A DNA stretch of 32,000 nt from Amoeboradix gromovi X-113 (GCA_018985225.1 JADGIF010000003.1:1-32000), one strand, 5' to 3'. Counted from the first letter of the stretch, positions 9,576 through 20,052 are shown. Notes: a model not told the origin generated them from the letters alone. Made by a program: numbers and translations.

Positions 9576-11093
9576 TTAAGATATTTTACAAGACCCGATG
9601 TACTTTAATATGACAGGGTGAACACTTTGTAGAATAGGTAGTATTTCTCTGATCATTTTAATATGCCTACAATCTTGCCCGATAAGTCTAAAAGGAATTG
9701 CGTTTACCACTCTAATAAATGCTCTTTTGTTTTCCAAATATTGAAAGCTTTTTAATAAAATGTATAGCAATTTAACTGAGTTTGTGTCGTCACTGGCCAA
9801 GTCGTAAATTGTTGAGAAATGGTAATCCGATAACGCTTCTATAAATTCATAATGACCAGCATTACTATACCGCTTCAAAGTAAAGGCGTCATTCAGCAAA
9901 TCATGAAAATAATCTAAACTGACGATCGCGTTGTCGAACGCAATTGACTCGCATACTACCAACGGTTTTATCATCCTGAACACAGAAGGATCTACGTCAA
10001 GTACATATGGACTGAAGTCGCTCTTATGTCTATAAAGTATAGCAGAATCAGCGTCATTCGGTGCTGTGAGTATTTTGCGGCAATTCATATTATGCTGTTT
10101 CACGATCATGTAATGCCTTAAACGGCAGTCATAGTCAGAGATTATTATACCAACAGAGTCCAAGTTGTCCAGCATCTCTTGAATGCTGACTAGTCTCAAC
10201 AAATTGCGGGCGTGTCTTGAACTTTCAGGTTCACCTTGGCCACTTGACAATCTATGAACATGTCCAGCATATTGCACTGAATGACGAATGGGCTGCTGAA
10301 TTATTTCTTCGAATGGAAATGTAGAAATTGTCAAGGGCCTCAAGATATTCAGCCTCCATAACAGTTCTAACTTGGATCTTCTTCCATACCTCATGTTCTC
10401 GTTAAATAAAAGCGAAGCGTTCCTTGTGAATACTAGCTGAGGTTCTTCTGACCATGTCGGTGAAATACATTTCCTACCTTTTCGTTCCATACTCAACAAA
10501 TAATAATCCGCTTGCTTTTCATGAATAGCTTTTTTAATATAGCTGATGCTTTTATCTGGAAGAAATATGTTACCATCCAATGGTAAAGTAACTTCTGCAA
10601 TTTGTCGCCCAATCTTTACTGCAGCATTTCTACCTCCGTTGTTATTCATAACATACATATTTTTGTGCTTATAAATATGATCCATAATTCTTAATTTATA
10701 AAGAAGTGACTGGTTTTTTGATTTATACAGAATATCTGAAATATGAAAATCATAGTCATGAAAAATCCTATTGTAAACACCGGGTTCGAATTTTATTTCA
10801 ATAACAGTGTGGTTCCTAGCGAGTATCCAGGATTTAATTTTTTTCCCTACGGTGCCATTTATTATTCTGTTGAGTATGAAATACTTTGGAAATGAATTTT
10901 GCTCATAATTTAAAATATGTTTTACATTTTTAAGTGTTTGAAAATTAGAATGCCTTGGTGGCAGGTCATTTCCTATTATCCTAAATATTGCAGTTTTTAT
11001 TGTGACTGCCAAAATTAAAAACATTAACATAATGTTTGAGCCAAGATTGTTGAAAAGTACGTGTAGGCGTCTGGCGATGAAAATGGTTTTCAT
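9576..11093 (-). CDS. Uncharacterised protein with IIGNDLPPRH / YVMNNNGxRN motifs (putative glycosyltransferase-like domain)
   Basis: N-terminal hydrophobic stretch; motifs IIGNDLPPRH, YVMNNNGGRN, LPLDGN, EEPQ, YGRRSKLELLWRL. I recall these from bacterial and fungal proteins often fused to an alginate-lyase domain (unverified). Confidence 0.55.
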   Translation of the reverse strand: MKTIFIARRLHVLFNNLGSNIMLMFLILAVTIKTAIFRIIGNDLPPRHSNFQTLKNVKHILNYEQNSFPKYFILNRIINGTVGKKIKSWILARNHTVIEIKFEPGVYNRIFHDYDFHISDILYKSKNQSLLYKLRIMDHIYKHKNMYVMNNNGGRNAAVKIGRQIAEVTLPLDGNIFLPDKSISYIKKAIHEKQADYYLLSMERKGRKCISPTWSEEPQLVFTRNASLLFNENMRYGRRSKLELLWRLNILRPLTISTFPFEEIIQQPIRHSVQYAGHVHRLSSGQGEPESSRHARNLLRLVSIQEMLDNLDSVGIIISDYDCRLRHYMIVKQHNMNCRKILTAPNDADSAILYRHKSDFSPYVLDVDPSVFRMIKPLVVCESIAFDNAIVSLDYFHDLLNDAFTLKRYSNAGHYEFIEALSDYHFSTIYDLASDDTNSVKLLYILLKSFQYLENKRAFIRVVNAIPFRLIGQDCRHIKMIREILPILQSVHPVILKYIGSCKIS

Positions 11094-11148
11094 TTGACGG
11101 AGTTAATTTCATGAGATGAGTTATAAACATAGCTTGCAAAAACATTTA

Positions 11149-12291
11149 TTACTTTTTAAACAGCTTCCGCACCTCTTCTACAGCAGAAAGTTTAGCCTCA
11201 TCAAATTTCCTTTCAATAATGGCAATAATCTCTGCTTCTTTCAACGTCGAATAAGTTGGAGCTTCTGATTTATTTACAGAATCACTTCTAATGTTTCTTA
11301 CTGTACTTCCAGGAGATTCCGCTATTTTGTTTGCTGTAGCACTTGGCACACTAGGTTTATTTATTGAGTCATTTCTTCTTAATGAATTGTTGGCATCAGG
11401 TTTGGCCGACAAATTCGGATGATTTATGGAATTAAGTTTAGGAGCTTCTGAAGGCTTTACTGCTGTAACTGGATTAAGTTTCAGTACATTGGTAGTTGGC
11501 GTATTCTGTACAGGCGATGCTACAGGGCTGGGATTTTCCGCAGCAGCCTTTCTTTTAGCCATTTTAGAAGCCATCTCATCAAACATATTACCACCACCAC
11601 CACTAGACTTTGGCGCTTCTTCTTTAACAACAGGCGGTTTCTCCGGTGGAGGGCCACTAGTTTTTTTTAATTTGGCACCTTTTAAAGCATTTGCTATGCT
11701 GCTACCTCCTTCATCTTCGGCAGATCCAGAAGGTGGTGGTGGCGGTCCTGGTGGTGGCGGTCCCGAAGGTGGTGGCGGTCCTGGTGGAGGAGGCCCTGGT
11801 GGAGGCGGTCCTGATGGTGGAGGAGGTCCTGGTGGAGGAGGTCCTGGTGGAGGCGGTCCTGGTGGAGGTCCTGAGGGTGGAGGCGGTCCTGGTGGAGGTC
11901 CTGAGGGTGGAGGCGGTCCTGCTGACTGATTTTGCCTAGATAATGTTGAAGACTGCTGCGTAGGTGTAATATTTGGCGGGGCCATAGATCTGCTAGACCC
12001 AAATTTTAACCTTTCTATTGAACCGACAATAAAGTTGCTGAAAGCTTGTCCATCAGCAGGTGTTGCAAAGTTGAATCCAAGCACTTGGTTACCTTCTTGG
12101 TACTGAAAAAATTGAGCGGATAAAGCTTTAAATTGCGTATTACTTGATATTCTGACTTGAGTAAGTAGTTGGTTCTGAAGAGTTAGAATTTTTATATCGC
12201 TTTCCAAAATTAAAATCAAGGCTCCGTTCGCTAACGGCACCCATGTGTTTTTATCAAAAGCGAAATTCATTACCTGTGAGTAGAGCGGCAT
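11149..12291 (-). CDS. VASP: Ena/VASP family actin polymerase
   Basis: EVH1 domain (WVP...FFQY.E...VLGFNF...DG.AF), GPPPP repeats, G-actin-binding IANALKGAKLKK, F-actin-binding GGGGNMFDEMASKMAKRK, C-terminal coiled coil. No acidic-Trp tail, so not WASP. First ATG 12291. Confidence 0.85.
   Translation of the reverse strand: MPLYSQVMNFAFDKNTWVPLANGALILILESDIKILTLQNQLLTQVRISSNTQFKALSAQFFQYQEGNQVLGFNFATPADGQAFSNFIVGSIERLKFGSSRSMAPPNITPTQQSSTLSRQNQSAGPPPPSGPPPGPPPPSGPPPGPPPPGPPPPGPPPPSGPPPPGPPPPGPPPPSGPPPPGPPPPPSGSAEDEGGSSIANALKGAKLKKTSGPPPEKPPVVKEEAPKSSGGGGNMFDEMASKMAKRKAAAENPSPVASPVQNTPTTNVLKLNPVTAVKPSEAPKLNSINHPNLSAKPDANNSLRRNDSINKPSVPSATANKIAESPGSTVRNIRSDSVNKSEAPTYSTLKEAEIIAIIERKFDEAKLSAVEEVRKLFKK
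11725..11920 (-). repeat. Coding minisatellite (GPPP/GPPPP/GPPPPS units)
   Basis: Repeats of ggtggaggcggtcct-like units on the + strand; encodes the VASP proline-rich region. Confidence 0.9.
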
Positions 12292-12461
12292 TTGAAATCC
12301 AATTTGAAAATATGTTTTAAAAGCCAACGACGGAATTTTGTTAAAAGCGTAATGACACTAAAACTTATGGTCTTTGAGACAAACTCATTCTATTTTTTAT
12401 GAAGGAGCAGCAGCAAGCGCAATGTAGCAACTTAAACAAGTATTATATTTATTTTATGTAA

Positions 12462-14519
12462 TTAATTAACAAACAACTTGATTGTTCCATCACTTCCGCA
12501 AGAGAATATCCAAGGCTGGTTTGGATGGAACTTTAAATTTAAGCACCCTAATGCTAAATCCTTCAAAGGCGAATGCGCATCTCGTAATACATGAATTGGT
12601 GCAATGAGTGGATGTGTCATTAAGTCCCCAAATACTCTTCCATGCATGATATATACATGACCGTCATCACCACATGCAGCAAATAGTGGATACTGTTTAT
12701 GATAATCAACTGATTGTATAGAGTACTTTCCAAATTTCAGAGATTTATATGGCTTATCGGAGAGTGTTGCGTCTATCCAGGTAATCTTAGGGTCATACGC
12801 ACCCAGTAATACGTGATCGCCGTTAGGATGCACACTCATGGAGGAAACATCAGTGCACCCAGAGAAGTACTTCTTTTGCATAGTTTGAGTGGACAAATCA
12901 AATAGATACAGGTGTCTCTCTGTGGCAAGATAGATCTTAGGGCTGTTAGGGTGGAATTCCGCAGATCTCACGGCACCTTTGATCTTGCTAAATGGGTTCT
13001 GAGAGGACTTGTCAGAGACCTTGTGAATCAGGACAGATGAATGTCCTGCGGCACTAGATGGTGAACAAGTTAAAAAATAATCACCTTTTTTGTGCCAAGA
13101 GATATGGTTTACAGGAAAGGGATATTCCAATAAAATGTATGGCCAGTCTTCTCTTTCGTTTCTGTTCTTCCTTTCAAATTTGTTGAACATAACATTTAAG
13201 TCTTCATCCTTATCAATTAATTCATCAATCTCTGCTTTTTTGAGCCATCTCACATTTCTTGATTTTGACAGTTCATTGTCCTTAAGTATGCTATTGTTCT
13301 CGACATTTTCACCCCCTTTGACAAAATCAAACGAATTTTGCATTATCTCCTTGGATGCAGCACCGGATGGTAGGATCAAAACACACTTACCAACACTAAC
13401 TGCAAATACACTAAGGCTTTCATTTGGATTCCATTTGATACTCCTAATGCCCTCAAATGAATCATCGAGTATGTGTTTATGTTTAATTTCCAAATCTTTA
13501 GTATTTGTTTTAACTTGCGATGATCTAGACTGCCCGTTTATACTAAAATTCCACTTCCTCAAGCACCTTCCGCTAGAAACTTCCCATAGTCGTAACTCAC
13601 CATCATCAGAACCTGAAAGCAGCCATTGGCCGCAAGGACTAGGGGCGAGTGCACGTACAGGCGCTTGATGGCCTCTATATACGACAGAAAGAGTGTCTGG
13701 AAATGGCTTAAGATCCTCAGGATCTGGCAACAAAGGCAAAAGCTCATCGGGATCAGCAACCACCCTTTCTCTCTTTACTCTAGGACAGAGATAAAGATCC
13801 AAGCATCTATAAAATCTTTCTTTGACAAAACTTTCATAAGTTGGCACGTGCCGTAAACAGCTGTATTTTTGAGGTAGAAATTCTCTTTCTCTGACAGAGT
13901 TGTCTTGATTTTTCCATTTTTGAATTTCGTCTTCATCCGGCAAGTATTCTTCTGGGGGGTTATAGCTTTCGTATGTAGTAGGCAGCTTACTTTTTGGAGG
14001 CACGATATAATCTGGTTTCTCATCGTTGTCTTTCTCCCATAAATCAAATAGCGGATCCAAATCATTATTGCTTTTCTTGATTAGACCCAAACGGATGGCT
14101 TTTACTAGTTTTCTTATTTTCTTTGCTTCCCATTTGGATGGCAAGAAAGAGCTTTTTGGGTCAGGTAAGTTCAGCATCGGCAAACTCTCCACACTTTTGT
14201 CAAAACAATCTGAATAGTCTTGGTCGGGATTAAAAAGCAAGTCTCCATATTCACCGTTTCGAACTTTCGTAACTATCTCCATTTCCTCATCAGTCAACTT
14301 CATCATTACGCCCTGTTGCTCATTAGGAATCGAAGTCCAATAATCATCTTCAATCCTTTCCATTATGTTTTCAATTAAGTTACCAGTAAGCGGTGTTGTT
14401 TCCCTTCCAAGTAACTTTGCATTTTTCTTCAACACTTTTTCACCGTCCAGATCATATCCAATATGGTCATATCCTTCGTATGCTTTCATATCTATTTTGC
14501 CTACTCTGTTGTCACTCAT
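12462..14519 (-). CDS. ERB1: Ribosome biogenesis protein BOP1/Erb1
   Basis: HIGYDLDG, FLPSKWE, SYNPPEEYL, ERFYRCLDLYLCPR, DLKPFP, C-terminal WD40 repeats ending FHPNQPWIFSCGSDGTIKLF. First ATG 14519. Confidence 0.96.
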   Translation of the reverse strand: MSDNRVGKIDMKAYEGYDHIGYDLDGEKVLKKNAKLLGRETTPLTGNLIENIMERIEDDYWTSIPNEQQGVMMKLTDEEMEIVTKVRNGEYGDLLFNPDQDYSDCFDKSVESLPMLNLPDPKSSFLPSKWEAKKIRKLVKAIRLGLIKKSNNDLDPLFDLWEKDNDEKPDYIVPPKSKLPTTYESYNPPEEYLPDEDEIQKWKNQDNSVREREFLPQKYSCLRHVPTYESFVKERFYRCLDLYLCPRVKRERVVADPDELLPLLPDPEDLKPFPDTLSVVYRGHQAPVRALAPSPCGQWLLSGSDDGELRLWEVSSGRCLRKWNFSINGQSRSSQVKTNTKDLEIKHKHILDDSFEGIRSIKWNPNESLSVFAVSVGKCVLILPSGAASKEIMQNSFDFVKGGENVENNSILKDNELSKSRNVRWLKKAEIDELIDKDEDLNVMFNKFERKNRNEREDWPYILLEYPFPVNHISWHKKGDYFLTCSPSSAAGHSSVLIHKVSDKSSQNPFSKIKGAVRSAEFHPNSPKIYLATERHLYLFDLSTQTMQKKYFSGCTDVSSMSVHPNGDHVLLGAYDPKITWIDATLSDKPYKSLKFGKYSIQSVDYHKQYPLFAACGDDGHVYIMHGRVFGDLMTHPLIAPIHVLRDAHSPLKDLALGCLNLKFHPNQPWIFSCGSDGTIKLFVN

Positions 14520-14859
14520 GATCCAAGTTTGATCCTTCAAGTTGGGACACTTACAAAAAGCTAACAAACATTGTAAAGCAACGTCTCAAGAATTAGATCT
14601 AGTCAGATAAAAATAACACATCTTATCTGCAGTGTTTTGGGTGACATATCACTAACAAGTTCTTTTTTGTCAATAAGACCTTCACACTCGATTTTGATGG
14701 AACAACCCATTTGACATAATAAGATGAGCTATATCTCTACAACTCACTCTTTTCTAGATTGCCCCGGCCATGTAAAAAACTCGACATCCCTTTTCATTTA
14801 GTGCAAATGCTCCCAAATCGTCTCATCCTCATTATGTCAAATCTAAAGACATCATTATT

Positions 14860-15152
14860 ATGTACAGAACATACTCTTCCTCAAGACCTATGAGATGTCC
14901 TTCTAAGCCACGAATAGGACTCTTACACAACTTGCATTGCATTCAAGAATTGCTTTATCTTTACTCGATTTCCTCAAAAGAGATCATCATATACGTGAAA
15001 GTCACATCCAGTTAACAAGTGCAGAAGATTCAACGGTGGACCGGCAGTCTTTCTAATGCATCCTTATCAAAACCCTTATTGGTGTCGTGGAAGCGTGAGC
15101 AACTATTGTAACAGAACTACTTGCTTTTCTCGTAAATCAGGACTTTGACGAG
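14860..15152 (+). pseudogene. Highly decayed Fanzor 3' end with internally deleted omegaRNA-like copy 3 (15081-15152)
   Basis: GTGAGCAACTATTGTAAC matches copy 1 at 16/18 and TTTTCTCGTAAATCAGGACTTT at 21/22. Upstream protein traces (AFKNCFIF, VDR) are weak. Confidence 0.6.
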
Positions 15153-15357
15153 TAATTTCTCAGTAGACCTTCAATGACTTGAAAGTTGTAACATGTATTC
15201 AAATCTTAATCTAAAACTGAACAGCTGTGAGTAAACCGGAGTAAACTTGAACGTGTTTTCTTGTTTAAGATGCTTCTGAATTCTTTTGGATATTCACATT
15301 TAACGCAGGCCTGTACGAGTATATGATTTGAATATTGAACCTCCTTCTAACTTAGCA

Positions 15358-17157
15358 ATGTCAGATTTAATAAATGATTTGAACTCCATTCTGGGGCCTA
15401 ATAAACCGCTTAGAATTGATCCTGACAAATCCTGTATACTCAAAAAGCCTCCACCCTACCCTAGTATGGAAGAAATATACTTATTCCTTACAAAAGCAGT
15501 ACAGTACAAACTTCCGGTTACAACTAAAGAATGGAAGTTATTAGTAGAACAAATATCATACCTTAGAACATTTCAGCAACTAGAGCTACTTAAGCTAACT
15601 AATAAAACTGGTCTTCGTCAAATTAAGAAATGCGTAATGAGTCGAACTCTGACTACTCAGGATATGGTTTTACAGGAATGTAAACATATGACCATCGACC
15701 GTAGATACCACATCAGATGGAAAAAATGGATGGCTCTTATCTGTATTCATGAAGCCAAATTCCATAAACTAAATAAAAAGCACCAAGTTAATGAAATGCA
15801 AGTAGACATTAACGTTCAGACATCGTACAATGCCCATACTACTAATCCTAAAGTACTTGCAGAATCTCTTGGTGAGTCGCATCCTTTCACCATATCAAGG
15901 CCAAGCTACAATGATGTTCACATTGAGTTACCATACACACCACTGCCGTATATGCTGCATAAGAGAGAAATAAAGAAAGTAGCCAGCTGGCCACATATAC
16001 AAGTTATATCTACTACTCTTTTCGGCCAACCAATAGAAGAAGAATTTACGGTAGATGATGTTGAAGATACTCATGAGTGGACCACAGAAGAAGACGATGC
16101 GTTACTAGACATAATGGACTCTTTACTATATACCCATTATTTGAGGAATCATTATTCTATTTGGCCTTGTGTTTCTGCCATTCATAACACCCAATTTAAT
16201 AGACCGTCAGACTTCATGGGTAAGCAGCGCACTCAGAAAGAAGTGCAAAAGCGATACATTTTGCTAACTGATCAAAGACCCAGTACAAATCCTCTTAATA
16301 TTAAATCTAAAGTTTCTAAATTGATGACACTCATTAACCAGAACTTATCAAAGAAACCTAAGCCCATACAACCTACGAAGAAGCAACCTCTGTTGGTTGA
16401 TAAGCTAGACTTTCCAGCACAAACACCTTTAGAAATTGCCAACAGTCGATTTAATGGAGAAGATCAGGAACCTAATTCTGGCAGCAATCAGTTTTATCAA
16501 TACTTAAACAGGCCATTGACACAGCAACAGGTGCAAAAAAGATCCTCGTCTCAGAATAGCCAATATGCCAATAATAACCAGCCGTTGCAAAACAGAACGG
16601 CTGTTGAGCAATGGCAGTCATTCTTAGCGCAACGCCAGTATTTGCAATCATATGCTCAACAAAGAAGACCGGAGGAGGAGGAAGAGAAAAAGAAAAGGAA
16701 ACGAAAGAGTTCCACAGTAACTTTAAAGCAGCAACAACAAGAAGAAAACGACCCGCAACTTGCACCTCCACCTAGTCAATCAACACCGCAGCAGGTAACT
16801 CAGCAATTGGAATCACCGCAATTGGGCCAAAATGCAGTGCCAGTACAATCAGGGCAACCTCAAATACCTGCACAGCACGGATATTCCAACATTACGAACA
16901 TGCAATGGATGGCACATTTACAGAGGCAGAGGTATAGGCAGTTTGCAGCTAGGCCTGCTGGCGGGCTAGATATACAGCATCAAGCTGCACTGTACAGCTA
17001 TAGCCAAAGACCTCAATATATGGGACAGATGGGACAATATACGCAACAGCAACCGGTAAACACAGTATCTGCAATCCCTCCATCAGCTCAACAGGCACCG
17101 CCTGTACCAGTCCAAAAACCTCAAAAGAAGAGGAAAAAGGCAAAAAAAGAACCCTGA
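15358..17157 (+). CDS. EAF1: NuA4 scaffold subunit Eaf1/Vid21-like (HSA + Myb-like domain, Q-rich tail)
   Basis: HSA-like VLQECKHMTIDRRYHIRWKKWMA; Myb-like WTTEEDDALL...W..VS...RTQKEVQKRY; Gln-rich C-terminus with basic NLS-like clusters. Confidence 0.72.
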   Translation: MSDLINDLNSILGPNKPLRIDPDKSCILKKPPPYPSMEEIYLFLTKAVQYKLPVTTKEWKLLVEQISYLRTFQQLELLKLTNKTGLRQIKKCVMSRTLTTQDMVLQECKHMTIDRRYHIRWKKWMALICIHEAKFHKLNKKHQVNEMQVDINVQTSYNAHTTNPKVLAESLGESHPFTISRPSYNDVHIELPYTPLPYMLHKREIKKVASWPHIQVISTTLFGQPIEEEFTVDDVEDTHEWTTEEDDALLDIMDSLLYTHYLRNHYSIWPCVSAIHNTQFNRPSDFMGKQRTQKEVQKRYILLTDQRPSTNPLNIKSKVSKLMTLINQNLSKKPKPIQPTKKQPLLVDKLDFPAQTPLEIANSRFNGEDQEPNSGSNQFYQYLNRPLTQQQVQKRSSSQNSQYANNNQPLQNRTAVEQWQSFLAQRQYLQSYAQQRRPEEEEEKKKRKRKSSTVTLKQQQQEENDPQLAPPPSQSTPQQVTQQLESPQLGQNAVPVQSGQPQIPAQHGYSNITNMQWMAHLQRQRYRQFAARPAGGLDIQHQAALYSYSQRPQYMGQMGQYTQQQPVNTVSAIPPSAQQAPPVPVQKPQKKRKKAKKEP

Positions 17158-17181
17158 ATCAAGTTAATAAAAATGTTTTGA

Positions 17182-17772
17182 TCAACTTAGTTTACTATTT
17201 AATACATTTAATATTCGACTGATCTTGGTGTCTGCAATTCCAGGGCAATCAGCTAGTTCTTCCTTTGTTGCTTTTGAAAATTGTTTGATGCTTTTGAATT
17301 TAGTTATTAAAGTGAGAGCATCAGATTTATTCACACCTTTGATAGCAGTTAAACTATTCTGCACTTGCATTAAATACTCATTGTTTTTACGAGAGAGCAG
17401 AAAATTAGAGGGTTTTTTGGAGTATATGCAAAAGTTTTCTAAAATTAAACCACACTCTTGATCACTTGCACCAATCAAACAGTTGAAGCTGGATTTGCTA
17501 ATAAGTAAATAAAGATCCTGCAAAGTGCTTGAATAATCACCCAAGTCTATTTTAATTAGTATTAACTTGATTTTATAAGGAATATACATCTTTAATCTGG
17601 TTTCAATATATTCTGGATGCAGTCTATGGTAAGACACGCTTAGGAAAAATATTCCAGTAGCTTCATTCGGAGAGAAATCTACGATAATATCGTCTACAAT
17701 ATTATATGGTACTTGGATAATGTGAGATAAAACATTATTTCCTGATTGAAGTGGGCTAACAGAAACGGACAT
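17182..17772 (-). CDS. ERCC1: DNA excision repair protein ERCC1/Rad10
   Basis: VSPLQSGNNVL, FLSVSYHRLHPEYI, HhH2 region LTAIKGVNKSDALTL..F.S...EELADCPGI...K. First ATG 17772. Confidence 0.93.
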   Translation of the reverse strand: MSVSVSPLQSGNNVLSHIIQVPYNIVDDIIVDFSPNEATGIFFLSVSYHRLHPEYIETRLKMYIPYKIKLILIKIDLGDYSSTLQDLYLLISKSSFNCLIGASDQECGLILENFCIYSKKPSNFLLSRKNNEYLMQVQNSLTAIKGVNKSDALTLITKFKSIKQFSKATKEELADCPGIADTKISRILNVLNSKLS

Positions 17773-17827
17773 CCTTGTTATAGAGTTCAAACTTTATTAC
17801 TAATTTAGGTTGTAATTAAAAAATATT

Positions 17828-18025
17828 TTATTGATCCATCCCAGGCGTGAATTTTAACTTGAAAACCTTAACTTTGCTATAACTGGGCTTTGTCAGCAAA
17901 CCATCTTCAAACGGAACAAACTTGTCATTCAGAGGCATGTATTCTATCTTCATTTCTGGATTATCCTGTTCATTTTCATACTTTCTAATTATATGATCAA
18001 GTCTATTTTTAAGTCGGCTTCTCAT
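17828..18025 (-). CDS. Small protein, possible Scm3/HJURP-like CENP-A chaperone motif
   Basis: 65-aa ATG ORF; RLKNRLDHIIRKYE resembles the Scm3 helix (LKxxxExIxxKY). Confidence 0.35.
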   Translation of the reverse strand: MRSRLKNRLDHIIRKYENEQDNPEMKIEYMPLNDKFVPFEDGLLTKPSYSKVKVFKLKFTPGMDQ

Positions 18026-18158
18026 TAGAGTAAAGAAAATTTGTTTTACCTGGAGAGCATTAATATAGAATCAACGATTATATTTGAACTTCGCGTTTGA
18101 TCTTTTGGTTAGAATTCATAACCGTTCTTAATTTAAAACTCTGCAAAATTTCTAAAAC

Positions 18159-18419
18159 ATGTCTACTAGCTCAACTTTCGAAATAGAGGAGCTAGAACCA
18201 GTGGAACAAAGCTATCAAGACTTGCGCCATCCAAACTCAAGCCTCACTGTAGACTTGAAAGACAAAATATTTCAAGAGTTAGAGTATCCTGAGCTAGAGA
18301 CGATTGTAGCAGCTTTACCAGACATGGAAACCGATGATGATGAAGTCTGGACATTTGAAAATGTATTGTTTACACTATCTGAGGAGTTTTCTGAGTTAAA
18401 AGACCTGAAAATAAACTAA
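18159..18419 (+). CDS. Small acidic protein, IFT43-like C-terminal domain
   Basis: LPDMETDDDEVWTFENVLFTLSEE resembles the IFT43 signature (E-D-D-x-x-W-x-W/F-D/E-x-L-F-x-x-V-S-S-E). Confidence 0.5.
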   Translation: MSTSSTFEIEELEPVEQSYQDLRHPNSSLTVDLKDKIFQELEYPELETIVAALPDMETDDDEVWTFENVLFTLSEEFSELKDLKIN

Positions 18420-18439
18420 TCGCTCGAAATCTTTATTAA

Positions 18440-20052
18440 CTACTCTATAAACGATGATTCTGCATCTAATAGACGAGCCATTTCTTTTATCATCAAAATA
18501 CCGCTTTGTATCATGACTAATTCATCTGGAATTCGCGGTTCTGATTTTGGCAAAAACTATATTAGTTTATAATTACCGATTCATTTGCAAACATTAGATG
18601 CGCTGACATGATCATACAAGCTGTCAAGTGATTCACTATCATATTTCTTAGGTAGTCATCTTTAAGAAATGGCTCAATATTGTTCACAAAAGAGTCCTCA
18701 GTGCCCTTATACTCTAACAACCTCAGCGTTATCAACTGCTTCAAGTCTCCAATTAACAGAGATATCTTGTCATATACTTCTGTTTTTGCTTCTAAACCAT
18801 TTGAAATATGAAGAAATCCTAGCAAAGGCGAATAAATGAAGAGCGTATACAAGCTACCATATTTAACATAATCTTTAAATTTACTGGGTAAATCGCTTGG
18901 GGATGAGAGTATAAGCAACGGCATTCTGTATAAATTAGGCAGGTTAAATTTCCTAGAACTCTGACAATCTATCATAAGCAACAATGGCTTGCGGGTGAAC
19001 GGTACCAGATCCGAAGGGTAAAGCACCGACGAGTCTACAGCGTTCTTATCTAAAGAGTGATTTGACACATCCAGGCAATTCAGGCCGTATTCAAATAGAG
19101 AAGAAATGTTATCTGACATGTCATTAGAATACAAGACTGATTCCGAAGATATATAAATAAAAATGGTCGATTGAGCTTGTTTAAATGCACCAGCCAGGTA
19201 AGTCAGCAAGGTAGAGAACGATGGTTTATATAGGAGATACTTTTTAGGAAATAACGGATTAGCTACTGAATTGGCTGATGAGTTGCTCTTGTTTACCTCG
19301 AGTAGTTGTAAAATCCTATACATGTCGACCGTAAGCTCGCTGCATTTTATTTGAGATCCAATACCACCAATAATAATGGATTCACTTAAGGCACCTGTAG
19401 ATGGAGTATTGGCAACAGATAACCTCATTGATTCCGGTTTTAAGTTTCTTACGCTAGAATCTTGCAAGCACTTGGTAAATGAAGCGATTTCTTGTAAAAC
19501 CAATATCCATTCTTTACTGTCATCGCCTTGGAAGGTTGACGAATATTGATCTATTAATTTTTGTAGCTCAAGATACAATTGACAAGTAAGGTCCAACTCA
19601 TTACAAAGTAAGCACACGATACAGTACCTGCAATAGTATCTTAATTTCTTCACCACCAACGTAGGATTCTTGAGGTCAAAAAGATTGTTAAAGTACTGAC
19701 GATCACGAATGGCATCGTAAAACACTTTGGACTCGTACAAATAAGTAGTATCCGAAGTTCTAAGATAATAATGATAATAGAGTTGGCCAATTTTGGATGC
19801 AATTTCACCAATTTCATATCGTTTTAATCGGTACTCATCGTTTAAAATTTGACGGTGAGTCTGTTGAAATCGCCATAGTCTTGAAAACAACTCAAATGTC
19901 TTTTGGAAGTAAGTTTGCCATTGCTTGTTTACGCTTAAAGGAGATAGATCACGAAGCTGATTAAAGAGTTGATGCGATTTCTCTAGCATATGAGTGAACT
20001 CAGCAACAGTTTCACTAGCTTCAGGCTTTGAGTCCGTACCGGATACTGACAT
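18440..20052 (-). CDS. SCAI: SCAI family protein; exons 20052-18577 and 18556-18440
   Basis: LFNQLRDL, LWRFQQ, LKRYEIGEIASKIGQLYYHYYLRTS, KYLLYKP, LYPSDLVPFTRKPL. Removing the 20-nt intron adds FLPKSEPRIP...IKEMARLLDAESSFIE*, which resembles the SCAI C-terminus. Confidence 0.93.
18557..18576 (-). other. 20-nt spliceosomal intron
   Basis: GTAATTATAAACTAATATAG with a CTAAT branch site; removal restores the conserved C-terminus. Confidence 0.85.

Noticed and set aside
11426-12002. Gly-rich, Val-rich and His/Gln-rich ORFs
   Set aside because: Antisense and alternate-frame shadows of the VASP polyproline repeat.
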